This document shows positions 1 through 16,730 of a DNA stretch of 64,000 bases, piece by piece. The stretch is taken from assembly GCF_009914755.1 (NCBI RefSeq), contig NC_060943.1. One strand, 5' to 3'. The first letter of the stretch is position 1. Each line of letters starts with the position of its first letter. Both the position numbers and the translations under genes were made by a program. The DNA comes from the human T2T-CHM13v2.0 reference genome, Homo sapiens. A model generated the notes under the pieces. The model was not told the DNA's origin, ran no database searches, and saw only the letters and a program-made list of their open reading frames with translations.

Positions 1-144
1 CGGGCGGCAAGTCAGGGCTGTCAGTCCCTTAAGAGATGGAGGAAGGGCCTGGGATCCCGTTTCCCTGCGTCCCTTAGGGAGGGGGCAGGTCCTGTACCAC
101 TGGGTTCCCAACATGGACTGGCCCTTTTGGAACTGTGCGCATAG

Positions 145-980
<836 letters not shown>

Positions 981-1283
981 TGCCTGTTTCCCTGGGGAGC
1001 TTGGTCTTGAGTGGCTGTAGCCAGTGCTCTGGAATTTTCAGCAAAGGGGCACAGTGGAGGAGGGTGCCTTCCTAGTGGGCCTGCCCAGAATTGGGCTCCG
1101 AGTGACGGGGTCATCACTTTTGGATTCTGACTGAAGGACACATCAGAAACAGGACATTATTTCCTTAGGATTGCGACTTAGGGGCAGAGAGTCAGAACCT
1201 GCAAGATTTTAAGAGGGCGTGACTTTACTTCCAGGGGCTCCGAATGAGAGTGGCCAGCCACCTGGATTAAAATATATGTATGA

Positions 1284-1599
<316 letters not shown>

Positions 1600-1824
1600 T
1601 GATTCTTAGTAGGAAGCCAGAATTGCATCTGTGTGTGAGTGGCTGTGGAAAGAGATTTTGGTGTTCCCGGATTTCGAGCGAATGGTGGGCTTCAGTCTTC
1701 AATTCTGAGAAGGCGGGGCCAGAACACGTGGTCTGATAGTTGGCGGTGGTCTGGCGGGTGGAGATTCTGAGGTAGCAGGATTAGCACCTTAGGGCCCTCC
1801 CAGGGATGTGGCTAGGTGCTCTGA

Positions 1825-2031
<207 letters not shown>

Positions 2032-2124
2032 TGAGTCTCGGCCAACAGAGAATGGTCGGGGTGGTGGAAGGGGGCAGGATCCAGCCACTGACCTTCTGAC
2101 GTCCCCACCCACCCCGTCCTCCAG

Positions 2125-2187
2125 GTTCTACGCGGCAGAAATCGCTATCGGCCTCTTCTTCCTTCACAATCAGGGCATCATCTACAG
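2125..2187 (+). CDS. PRKCG: PKC gamma coding exon
   Basis: 63 nt, CAG/GTGAG boundaries; [20 protein letters not shown](R); frame continues from the previous exon. Confidence 0.97.
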
Positions 2188-2269
2188 GTGAGCAGCCCCA
2201 GGAATTTCCGTGGAGGAAATCACGCCCCTGGAAGGGAAGGGATTTGAATATGTGGCTCTAGACTGCTGA

Positions 2270-2497
<228 letters not shown>

Positions 2498-2954
2498 TAG
2501 AGGGTGTAGCTGATGGTCCAGTATTCACCACGGGTGAGGCCTGACCCTCAGACCTTGTCATGAGTTGTGGCCTTCTTACACAGCCAGTCGTTCCTCCAGC
2601 CTCCAGCACAGGTGAGCTTGGCACTGAGCCTGCCAGGTGGGCCCAGCTGGGTCTCTAAATAGGTAAGGTGGGCAGCACCTGTGGGTGAATGTTCCAGGAG
2701 AGTGGGACCAGCTCGTAGGAATTCCAAGTAGGACCTGACCCTGGATCCTTCTGAGAAGGGGCAGACGATTTCTAGTGTACTCTGAGTGGGTGTGGCCTGT
2801 CCCCTGCCAACACTGAACATGTCCGGACTATCTTCTGAATACTTTAAACTGGGCAGGGCTCTCCCTGGAGTATTCAGTTGGATGGAAGCTTATTTCCTGT
2901 GTTGTACGTGTTTCTCTGATGTAAGTGTACTGGACTTCTGTGCTGCATTTTTCA

Positions 2955-3668
<714 letters not shown>

Positions 3669-3837
3669 TTAAAGGGGTGGGGCTGATGTTCTGAATGTAC
3701 GTATAGATGGATAAAGCACATGCCTGTAGTCCCAGCTACTTGGGAGGATGTGCCTGACTCGTGCCCAAATAATCAATGTCAGTGATCACAAAACCTGGCT
3801 GGTAATCAGAATCATCTGTAGAAAATTTGAAAACTGA

Positions 3838-4135
3838 GGCCAGACATGGTGGCTCATGCCTGTAATCCCAGCACTTTGGGAAGCTGAGGCAGGCAGATCA
3901 CTTGAGGTCAGGAATTCAAGACCAGCCTAGCCAACATGGTGAAACCCCGTCTCTACTAAAAATACAAAAATTAGCTGGACATGGTGATGTGTGCCTGTCA
4001 ACCCAGCTACTCAGGAGGCTGAGGCAGGAGAATCACTTGAACCCAGGAGGTGGAGGTTGCAGTGAGCCAAGATTGCACCACTGCACTGCATCCTGGGCTA
4101 CAGAGTGAGACTCCATCTCAAAAAAGAAAAAAGAT
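3838..4135 (+). mobile_element. Alu
   Basis: TSD AGAAAATTTGAAAACT. Confidence 0.93.
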
Positions 4136-4318
4136 AAGAAAATTTGAAAACTACACACATATTCCTGACTCTGACACAAATATTCTAGGTGGGTGGAACC
4201 AGTGACTTGGCCGTTAGGTAGTCTTTCTATTTGAGGCCAAATGAATGTTTGAAGTAGGTATGCTTTGTTTCCAGAATATTCCAAAAGTTAGATCGCTGGC
4301 CAAAATATTCAGAGTGGA

Positions 4319-4634
4319 GGCTGGGCGTGGTGGCTCACTCCTATAATCCCAGCACTTTGGGAGGCGGAGGCAGGCCAATTGCTTGAGTCCGGGAGTTTGA
4401 GACCAGCCTGGGCAACATAGTGAGGACCTATCTTCACTAAAAGTGCAAAAATTAGCCAGGTGTGGTGGTGCACACCTGTAGCCCACCTACTTGGGAGGCT
4501 GAGGTAGAAGAATTACCTGAGCCTGGGAAGTTGAGGCTGAGTGAGCCGTGATCACACTACTGTGCTCCAGCCTGGGCAACAGAGTGAGACCCTGTCAAAA
4601 AAAAAAAAAAAAAAAAAAAAAACGAAACAAAAAA
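4319..4634 (+). mobile_element. Alu (AluJ-like)
   Basis: TSD AAATATTCAGAGTGG at 4303 and 4649. Confidence 0.9.
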
Positions 4635-4778
4635 TCACCTGATGAAATAAATATTCAGAGTGGGAAGAGCTTGTGCTGAAAGCACTTAACGTGGGTAGCG
4701 CTCCCAGGGGGTGAGGCCAGAGGGGTCCTAGGCTTCCTAAAGAACGCATCATGATTCCCTGCCTTCCACCTCCCCTAG

Positions 4779-4934
<156 letters not shown>

Positions 4935-4965
4935 TAGAAAGGAGCCCAGAAGGTTGTGCTCGAAT

Positions 4966-4986
4966 AGCGCTGTCCATGGTTCTGAA
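4966..4986 (-). promoter_or_regulatory. RE1/NRSE (REST binding site)
   Basis: Minus strand TTCAGAACCATGGACAGCGCT versus consensus TTCAGCACCACGGACAGCGCC, with the canonical 2-bp spacer. Confidence 0.8.
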
Positions 4987-6340
4987 GTGTTGTCTTAATG
5001 TAGACCAGGTGTTTTGTTTTGTTTTGTTTTGTTTGTTCTGTTACCATGGATTCTTTCTCCCTAGATGGTAAAGTAGCAGTCTGGTTAAGCCTATGGATCC
5101 CTTCTCAGAAGAATGTTTTTCAATGCACAAAATAGAATAATACATACGCAGAAAACCAAGGTTCAAATCCTCACTTTGCCACTTACTGGCTGTGTCAGCT
5201 TAGACAATTACATACATTCTAAATCAGCTTGATTGGATTCCTGGACTGCTGAGTGTACTACAACTAAAAAAATTGGTTACCACACTCTTGATCATCTTCT
5301 TAGCTGGCTATGGTAGTGGGCACCTATAGTCCCAGCTACTGGGGAGGCTGAGGCAGGAGGGTCACATGAGCCCAAGAACTCAAGGTTACACTGAACTATG
5401 AGTATGCCACTGTGTTCCAGCACAGGCGACAGAGCAAGACCCCATCTCAAAAGAACAAACAAACAAAAGAAATCAATCATTTTGAAAGATAGTCACCAAA
5501 ACTTTTAAAATTTAATTGAATCTAACAACCAACTAAATTCAATGTATACAGTTGTCTAAATATTTAAAATTGGAAAATGGACATATGTGCAATTTCTTAT
5601 TAATTCATTAAGTAGTAAGTTCTAATGGTAGTAAAGTAAAAAGGAGCTCTAACAGTAATTTTGATGTAGCAATGACTAATAATTTGGAATATCTGCAACT
5701 CTCATGTGATGAGAAAATACCTGTGATTACTATTGATAATGAAGCCACAAGCACTGCTGCTGCCTGCATTCATAACTGAAGGGAATGCTAAATTTTAGTT
5801 AGAAGTTAAAAAAAAATTTGGCCGGACATGGTGGCTCACGCCTGTAATCCAAGCACTTTGGGAGGCCGAAGTGGGCAGATCACTTGAGGTCAGGAGTTTG
5901 AGACCAGCCTGGCCAATATGATGAAACCCCATCTCTAAATCTTTGCCTTGGTATCATTTTTTGTAACCTCAGAAGACTGTGAACTACTCATCCAACCAGG
6001 AGAATGCTTTTAGGGTGTTTCCTGCAGTTTTTCCTCTCTTCTATTTAACTGACATGTTGCATAATTAACAGCCTGCTGATTTACATAGCAGATAAAGAGA
6101 GGCAGAATAGTACAGAGATGCACAGATCTGAGGCATCCGAGATAGGAAATGAGAGAACCTGAGAAGGAGAGAGATCAAGCTTTGGTGGTTTGGTCTGATC
6201 TCTCCTGAGGGTGTGGTCAGGTGTGCATGTGGGGCGTGTGATGGGTCAGGCATGTTCCCGGTGGGGTGAGGAGGGTGTGGAAGGTTTGGGGAAAGGCAGT
6301 TGGGCATGTCCCTGACTCTCTATCCCCTCCACTTTGATAG

Positions 6341-6460
<120 letters not shown>

Positions 6461-6899
6461 TGACTCCCAGCTTCTCCAGGCTCACAACCACACACCCCAT
6501 TGCTGTCTCTGTGCCTATTAGAAAAATGCTCCCATTCCTGAAGTCACTTTACTTCCATCTGTTGGAAAAGTTGATATGATGCATAGGTTTTGTTAGAACA
6601 ATGATTTCCAGCCCTGTTGCCACGAGGCCTGGAGATGGCCTCTGTCTCATCCTTCTCTGTGACTCCCACTCCCCAGCTCCCTGCTTGCAGGAAGTGCTGA
6701 AAGTCCAGGGTGTCTGTCTGTCTAGAACTGGGTGGGTCAGGTAAACCCAACTTCTGCAGCTTTTCTTCCTGTGTGAACTTGGGTGAGTCACCAAAACTTT
6801 GTGAGCTTAACTCTCTTCAGGGGTTATGGAGTTGACACAGAAGAAAGCACCTGGCCCATAGCAGATTTTCAGCCCATGTCAGCACCTTCTGCGTCTAGC

Positions 6900-8310
<1,411 letters not shown>

Positions 8311-8313
8311 TAG

Positions 8314-8601
<288 letters not shown>

Positions 8602-9332
8602 TCTCACCCGCCGCCACTAGGTGTCCCCAACGTCCCCTCCGCCGTGCCGGCGGCAGCCCCACTTCACCCCCAACTTCACCACCCCCTGTCCCATTCTAGA
8701 TCCTGCACCCCAGCATTCCAGCTCTGCCCCCGCGGGTTCTAGACGCCCCTCCCAAGCGTTCCTGGCCTTCTGAACTCCATACAGCCTCTACAGCCGTCCC
8801 GCGTTCAAGACTTGAGCGGAGCCCGATATTCTCCCTGACCTTAGCGTTCTGGACTCTGCCCCAATCGGGTCCAGAGACCACACCACTAACCATCCCCAAC
8901 TCCATGGGGTTCGAGACTCCATCTTGGTAGTTCTGTGCCTCCCCCCAGACCCCGCCCCTGGGGAAATAGCCTCACGGGGTTGGCTGTTCCAGACTCAGGT
9001 TCCAGAACAGCCCTCGGCCTCCGAGGCTCCCCGCCTCCACTCTAGTTCTAGATGAGTGGGAGGCGTGCCCCCCTCCTCCAGTACGTCCCGCTGCTGTGCT
9101 CTGGGGATTTCTGGGATATATGGAGGATTCTTTCCCCAGAGGCTCCCAATCAGCTTTTGTTCTAGACTTCCCCATCCCGAAGCCATCACTTCTCCCCGCA
9201 GCCCGCCTGCCGTGCATGGCTCCTGTCTGGCTCGGACCCACCCCAACTCTCCCCAGTGCCTGCCACTCTCTGGGACTCTCCTCCTCCCCTCCTCTTCCCT
9301 TAGCCTCTCCCACCCGGCCACAGCTGCTGGAG

Positions 9333-9338
9333 AATAAA
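9333..9338 (+). terminator. PRKCG: PRKCG polyadenylation signal AATAAA (3' UTR about 8602-9355)
   Basis: First AATAAA after the stop codon, followed by a GT/T-rich downstream element (gtgtttggatattttctt). Confidence 0.85.
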
Positions 9339-10199
9339 TTTGGGATGCTGATGCTGAAGTGTTTGGATATTTTCTTGTAAGCTTGGAGAATGAACGGGGT
9401 GTGGAGGCGGGACAGTGACTGTACATAGACACAAACAGAGAAGGAAAGCACGGAGACCCACAAAGTGAGAGGGGAGACACCCACTGCAGGGGAGCAAGCA
9501 GAGAAGCGCGCGCAGACAGAGGCAGGAGACCCAGACAGACAGAGACAGGGAGAGAAAATATCACAGAGGGCACCAACGTGGACAGTGCACAGCGAGAGAG
9601 GGGCACGGAGATCACTGAGAGTGCCAGGTGGCGACCCCCGCGCAGAGACCCAGCGCGTCCGTGTTCACCAGAGCAGCCACGCAAGCTCACATGCACCCCC
9701 AGGCTCAGACACCGGGGAGAAGTCCTTCCCAAGCGGGGAGATCACAGTCTGGCCTCTTCTTGAGAGACCTAGAGACCTGATCAGAGGAAGAGACCCCCAC
9801 GCCAGAGCAACCAAAAACAGCCAGAACCCGAGAGCCTAGGAATCGGCGACGGAGGCACACGGCAGGCAGACGCGCCTTCTGGGCCTCTTTCCCTTGACCC
9901 ACTTGAGAGTCTGGGGAGTGCCGGGGACCGTGCAGATGGACTACATTTCCCCGCAGGCCTCGCGGCAGACCCTTCCCCCAAGTGCGGCTCCTTGCCGCCA
10001 GGGCTGATGGGAAATGTAGTCTCCGGTCAGGGCCAGACCAGTGGAGCGGTGTGCCTTGTCTGTGTGTTTGGAGGGGACTGAGCCCCAAAGCTTCGCAGTC
10101 TTCCTTGCGGACCCGGGCACGTCTTCTTCCCTGCAGTCTCCTGGGTTTCCATGACCCGGTCCGGGTGGATGCTGGGGCTGCCCCTCTCTCCCTCATCAC

Positions 10200-11550
10200 C
10201 GCCGCGACACCCCCATCCAGTGCCCGCAGGCCCCAGCCCCCGCTCCGACCCTCGGCGGGCGGCCTGCCCCTTTAAGAGTGGCCCCGCTGACATCACGGCG
10301 GGGGGGGGGGGTGGCCCGGCTCCTGGCTCCGCGGCGGCTGCAGGACCCGACTCCGCTCTGCGCCCGCCCGCTGCTGTAGGGACCCCGGCCCGGGACGCCC
10401 CCTCCCGCTTCCTGCAGCCGTCCAGACCCCAGGCTCCGCCCCAGGCCTGGCTAGAGCCCCAGTCCTCGTCAGGGGACCCCCAGGATTGTCCCTGCTGTCT
10501 CTCCTTCTCAGAGTCTCTCTCTGTCTCTCTCTGTCTCTCTGTCTCTCTCTCTCTGCCTCTGTCTCTGTCTCTTCTCCAAGCTCAAGGTCTCTGGGTCTCA
10601 GCATCTCTCAGCCCCAGGCCTCTGGGCGTCCCCCTGTCTCTTTCTGTCTCTTCCTGGTCTCTGACCTCTCCACTTCCCAGGCCTCAGAATCTCTGCGCCT
10701 AGGTGGTGAGGGGTGGTCTTAAACTCTGTCTCTCTCCCTCTTTGTCTCTCTCTGTCTCTGTGTCTCCTTCAGTCTCCAGACCTGAGTCCCTGGATTTCTC
10801 GGCCTCAAGGTCTCGGCGTGACTTTCTCTCTCTGCCCTGTCTCTCTTTGTGCCTCTGCCCCTCTCGGGCTCTCTGCCTCTGTTTCTATTCTCTCTCCCTC
10901 TCTGCCTCCCCCATCCTCAAGGCCCATCTCCCTCCCTCGCTGCATCCTTCCCCCCTTCCCTCCCCGCCCCTCCCCTCCTCCGCAGTAGCCAATGAGCGGC
11001 CGCCGGTTCCTGCTCCCGGCTCCGTCCGCCGAGTGAGGCCGCGGCCGCGGGGGGTGGGGGGTGGGAGGCCGGGAGGGGGCCGGGACGCCGGGCTCCGGGG
11101 CGGGGGCGGGGGGCGCGGGCACCGGCGACCCCGGTGGCGGCGGCGGCGGCCGGGGGAAGCCTCGGGGCCGGTCATGCGGCTGCGGGGCCCGCGGCCCGGA
11201 GCGTCCGCCCAGCCCTGAGCGAGGTGAGCGCTAGCGGAGGGTCCTGGGAGGAAGAAGGGGCGCCCCTCGAGGTGGCTGCGAGCCGGGTTTGGGGCAACAA
11301 GGGACCCGAGTGGCTCCAGGGGTGGTGAGATCCTGGCGGTCGGGACGCCCGAATTCGAGCGGCTATGGGGGATGCAGGGACACCTGGGCCTGGCGATCCC
11401 GGAGGACGGGGTCCGAGGGTCCCGGAGTGGGAAACTGCACTCCTCGCGTCCGAGTCGCAGCGAGCGTGGGCTGGGGAGGGCAGAGGCCGGGTCCCTGAGG
11501 AAGGCGAGGTACGGGGCGAGGGCGGAGGACCCAGGCCCGGCCAGAGCAGG
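10200..11550 (+). promoter_or_regulatory. CACNG7: CpG island / CACNG7 promoter
   Basis: High CpG density, CCAAT at 10989-10993, GC boxes (GGGGCGGGG near 11097-11110), CRE-like TGACATCA near 10288. Confidence 0.8.
11000..11223 (+). other. CACNG7: Probable non-coding first exon of CACNG7 (start approximate)
   Basis: Strong donor GAG|GTGAGC at 11223/11224 at the 3' edge of the GC core; matching acceptor at 14508. Confidence 0.7.
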
Positions 11551-11777
11551 ATGTGGGTCTGGAAAGGGGTCCCAGAAAGGGGGAGTTACGGTCTCCCGAG
11601 AGATGGAGGAGAGATGGAGTTTGGGCTTAAGACTTGCAGAAGGGGACCCCGGAGATTCAAATGCCTGAATCCGGGAAAGGGTGGGAGAAAGAGGGAGAAG
11701 AGGAGGCTTCAGGCCTGGGGGGAGGGTCCCAAAGGAGGAAAGGCTGGAGGAATAAGGAGATCTGGGCGGGCCAGTGA

Positions 11778-12015
11778 GAGTGAGGAGGAATTGGAGCAAG
11801 GTTGGGTTTTAAAACGGGGTGCGAGAATGTGGAGAAGGGACGAGGTCCCAGCTGAGAGTCAGAGGGGCGAAAGGGGGAAGCTGAGATCGGCTACCTGGGA
11901 TGGAGGCAGCCAGGGTGGCCAGGGTGATGGTGCCCGTTTCCGAGCCCACAGGGCTGCGAGGGGACCAGGCAGCTCGCGGTCAAACCCCTGAGCCGCCAGG
12001 CGGGGGATGGGAGGA
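11778..12015 (+). repeat. 238-bp direct duplication, copy 1
   Basis: 6 mismatches to 13241-13478. Confidence 0.95.
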
Positions 12016-12779
12016 AAAGCTGGCCAGAGCGTTCCCTGACTCCGGATCTCGGAGGCCTCCAAGAGGTTGGGGGGGAAGGAGGGGGGATCTGGAGGCTGGG
12101 AGTGCGGGGTGGAGCGGGGAGGAGTGAGGGTTGTCTCAGACTCCAGAGTCTTTATTCAGGTGGAGCAGAGTTGCAAGGTTAGAAGAATTCTGGTGAAGGA
12201 AAGTGGAGTTTTATGTCTTGATTAGTTTGTAGGGGAGAATGTTGAGGGGTCTCAACCTTCATAGTTAAAAAGATCCCGGGTATTCAGGGATGTAGAGGTC
12301 TCTGGTTGATAAAGGCTAAGGGTCCCAAGTTGAGACCCCCAAATCACGGGATTGCGTGGCTTGGGGAAAAATCTTGCAGGGGTCGGGGGAGAATCGTGGG
12401 TAAGGAATTTCAAGTCCTTGAGATCTGGGTTGAGGAGCTCCCTCGCTGGAATTTCTAGGTTCCTAAGTGGAATTGGGGAGGCCACAGAGATGAACTGGGA
12501 TCTCCTGTTTGGAGTCTAATGTTATGAAATCGGGACTCCATGCTGGATGTTGAAGAAGATCTGTGATTGGAAGTCCCAGCATGGGAAACCGGGGTCCAGA
12601 ACCTCTGGTAGGAAGTTTCAGATCGTGTGTTAGGGGAGGGGGTTTTGGGACTCCTGCTTGAGATTTTAGAGTTCAGGGCACTGAATCCTAGTTGGAAGGA
12701 TGAGAGACCGTTGTTTGACTGGGGTGCTCTGATGAGGATGCTGGATTGGTGGTGGTGGTGGGGTCCAGCTCATTCATGA

Positions 12780-13070
12780 TTTTTTTTTTTGAGATGGAGT
12801 CTCACTCTGTCACCCAGGCTGAAGTGCAATGGTGCTATCTCGGCTCACTGCAACCTTGCCTCTCAGGTTCAAGCTATTCTCCTGCCTCAGCCTCCTGAGT
12901 ATCTGGGATTATAGGTGTGAGCCACCGTGCCCGGCTAATTTTTGTATTTTTAGCAGAGACAAGGTTTCACCATGTTGGCCAGGCTGGTCTCAAACTCCTG
13001 ACCTCAAGTGATCCACCCACCTCAGCCTCCCAAAGTGCTGGGATTCCAGGTGTGAGCCACCTCACCCAGT
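12780..13070 (-). mobile_element. Alu
   Basis: Antisense Alu consensus with T tract. Confidence 0.92.
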
Positions 13071-13240
13071 CTCAGCTCCTGATTTTGATGTTCTGGAATC
13101 TGTAATCGAGATTCTGGTTCTATGTCTCTGGGTTCCAATGTTCTGGGACTCAGCAGACTGTGAAGATGTTCCAGGATTCCAGGTCCAGGAGCCTGCCTAG
13201 ATCTGGGAGGGTGGAATTAGGGTTCTGGAGCTAGGTTCTG

Positions 13241-13478
13241 GAGTGAGGAGGAATTGGAGCAAGATTGGGTTTTAAGACGGGGTGCAAGAATGTGGAGAAG
13301 GGACGAGGTCCCAGCTGAGAGTCAGAGGGGCGAAAGGGGGAAGCTGAGATCGGCTACCTGGGATGGAGGCAGCCAGGGTGGCCAGGGTGATGGTGCCCGT
13401 TTCCGAACCCACAGGGCTGCGAGAGGACCAGGCAGCTCGCGGTCAAACCCCTGAGCCGCCAGGCGGAGGATGGGAGGA
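13241..13478 (+). repeat. 238-bp direct duplication, copy 2
   Basis: Offset 1463 bp from copy 1, no indels. Confidence 0.95.
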
Positions 13479-14537
13479 TGTCATGTGTGATGTCATCTTA
13501 AATTGGGGTATCAAATGAGGTCAAGGCACAGGATCAGAGTTAGAAGGTCATGGGTCAAGTTCTTGGTGTTAGAATTGGGTGTTAGGCTCAAGATACAAAT
13601 CTTGAGTGTAAACTTCAGTGGGGGCCTCTGCTCAAAGTCTTAGATAGGGCTGAGGTCAAGGGTGTGAAGCCCTGGTATGGGGTTAGAGATCCTTGGTTAG
13701 TGACCCACTTTGGGAATTTCTGGATGTAGTTCAGAGACAGGGTGCAAGAAAATGTATCAGGGCATCAGATTAGGGCATGGAGTTAAGACTGGGTAGCCTG
13801 GGTTAGAGTTTCTGGCCAGCTCAAGTTGTAGAGCATCCAGGGTTCAAGCCCAATGCCCTGTGCTCTGGGATCTAGGTCCTGGCTCAGAGTTGAGGTTATT
13901 GATCCTTGTTGGAGTCTGGTGTTCACAACCGGGGGCTTCGATCGTCACACAGAGACAGGGCTGCAGGATGCCAGGTCCTAGAGCTGAAATCATTGATCTG
14001 CCTAATAGTTTCTGAGTCACTGATCCACACTCAAGGTTAGGGACTCTGGTGGCATCTGATTTCTAAATTAGGGTCTCAGGTCAGCAGGTGAGGTTAGGTT
14101 TTGGCAGGGGGACCTGGTTCTGGGGTTAAGAAGCTCAAATTAGAATTTCTGCTCGGAGTCACAGTATTTGGGACCCAGGTCCAAACACGGTTGGAGCCAA
14201 GATTCAATCTCTGGGCCTGGGCTGAAAGTTGTGATTAGAAATCTAATTCTGGGGTTGGGGATCTGGATCTGGAGCTAGACCACAGGCAGCAGGTTTGGGG
14301 AGCCCAGCCCTGAGGCTGAGGCTCAACAGTTGGTGTCTCTGGTCAGACTCTAGGGTTGGGGTCATGGGTCAGGCCACGGAGGTCAGATCTGAGATTTCGA
14401 TTTGGGAGTCAGTGTCTCTGGCTAGGGCCCAGCATCCCGGGTTGCTGCATGGGGTCAAGCACTCTGGTCGGTCCCATGGAGCTCTGCACTGTAGCTTCCC
14501 TTCCACAGGCCCCGCAGGGCGCCCCCTGCCTCTGAGG

Positions 14538-14733
14538 ATGAGTCACTGCAGCAGCCGCGCCCTGACCCTGCTGAGCAGCGTGTTTGGTGCGTGTGGCCTG
14601 CTCCTGGTAGGCATCGCGGTCAGCACTGACTACTGGCTGTACATGGAAGAAGGCACAGTGCTACCGCAGAACCAGACCACCGAGGTCAAGATGGCCCTGC
14701 ACGCCGGCCTCTGGCGAGTCTGCTTCTTTGCAG
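14538..14733 (+). CDS. CACNG7: TARP gamma-7 coding exon 1 (TM1, claudin-like STDYW and GLWRVC motifs)
   Basis: ATG at 14538, acceptor at 14507-14508, donor GTAC; MSHCSSRALTLLSSVFGACGLLLVGIAVSTDYWLYMEEG...AGLWRVCFFA. Confidence 0.97.
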
Positions 14734-14963
14734 GTACAGCCCTCACCCGTCTTCCACTCAACAGTTTCTGCCTTGCCTGGGGTCTGAGAGTCTTAGCCAT
14801 AGTCCCATCCCTTGAGTTCCAGAAATCCAGAAACGGATCCTGATTCTCTCCTGGAAGTTCAAATTTCTACGTGGAGCCCCAGTGACTAGCCCTTTATTCC
14901 TGGATCTAGGAGCCCCAATGCTCCAGGCCCCTAACCCCTAAGGAATTCTGGAGCCTTCCTTTA

Positions 14964-16161
<1,198 letters not shown>

Positions 16162-16205
16162 TTAGGAGCCTCTCATCCAGCCCTGTCTGTTTCTCTTCCC
16201 CCCAG

Positions 16206-16292
16206 GTCGGGAGAAAGGTCGCTGTGTGGCCTCAGAATATTTTCTTGAACCGGAGATCAATTTGGTGACGGAAAACACGGAGAATATTCTGA
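16206..16292 (+). CDS. CACNG7: TARP gamma-7 coding exon 2
   Basis: 87 nt, CAG/GTGAG; (G)REKGRCVASEYFLEPEINLVTENTENIL(K). Confidence 0.96.
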
Positions 16293-16425
16293 GTGAGGGG
16301 ATGTGGGGGCACCTAGGCACAAGACAGCAAGATCACAGCCGAGTCGTGGAGTCCTGGGAGGGGGCAGGACTAGGGAAAGGGTGGGGTCCAAGGGAAGGAG
16401 GGGAGGCTTGAAAGAAGGCAGAATG

Positions 16426-16730
<305 letters not shown>

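Noticed and set aside
10885-11991. 304-aa minus and 208-aa plus ORFs over the CACNG7 CpG island
   Set aside because: GC-rich stop-poor sequence with no recognisable domain
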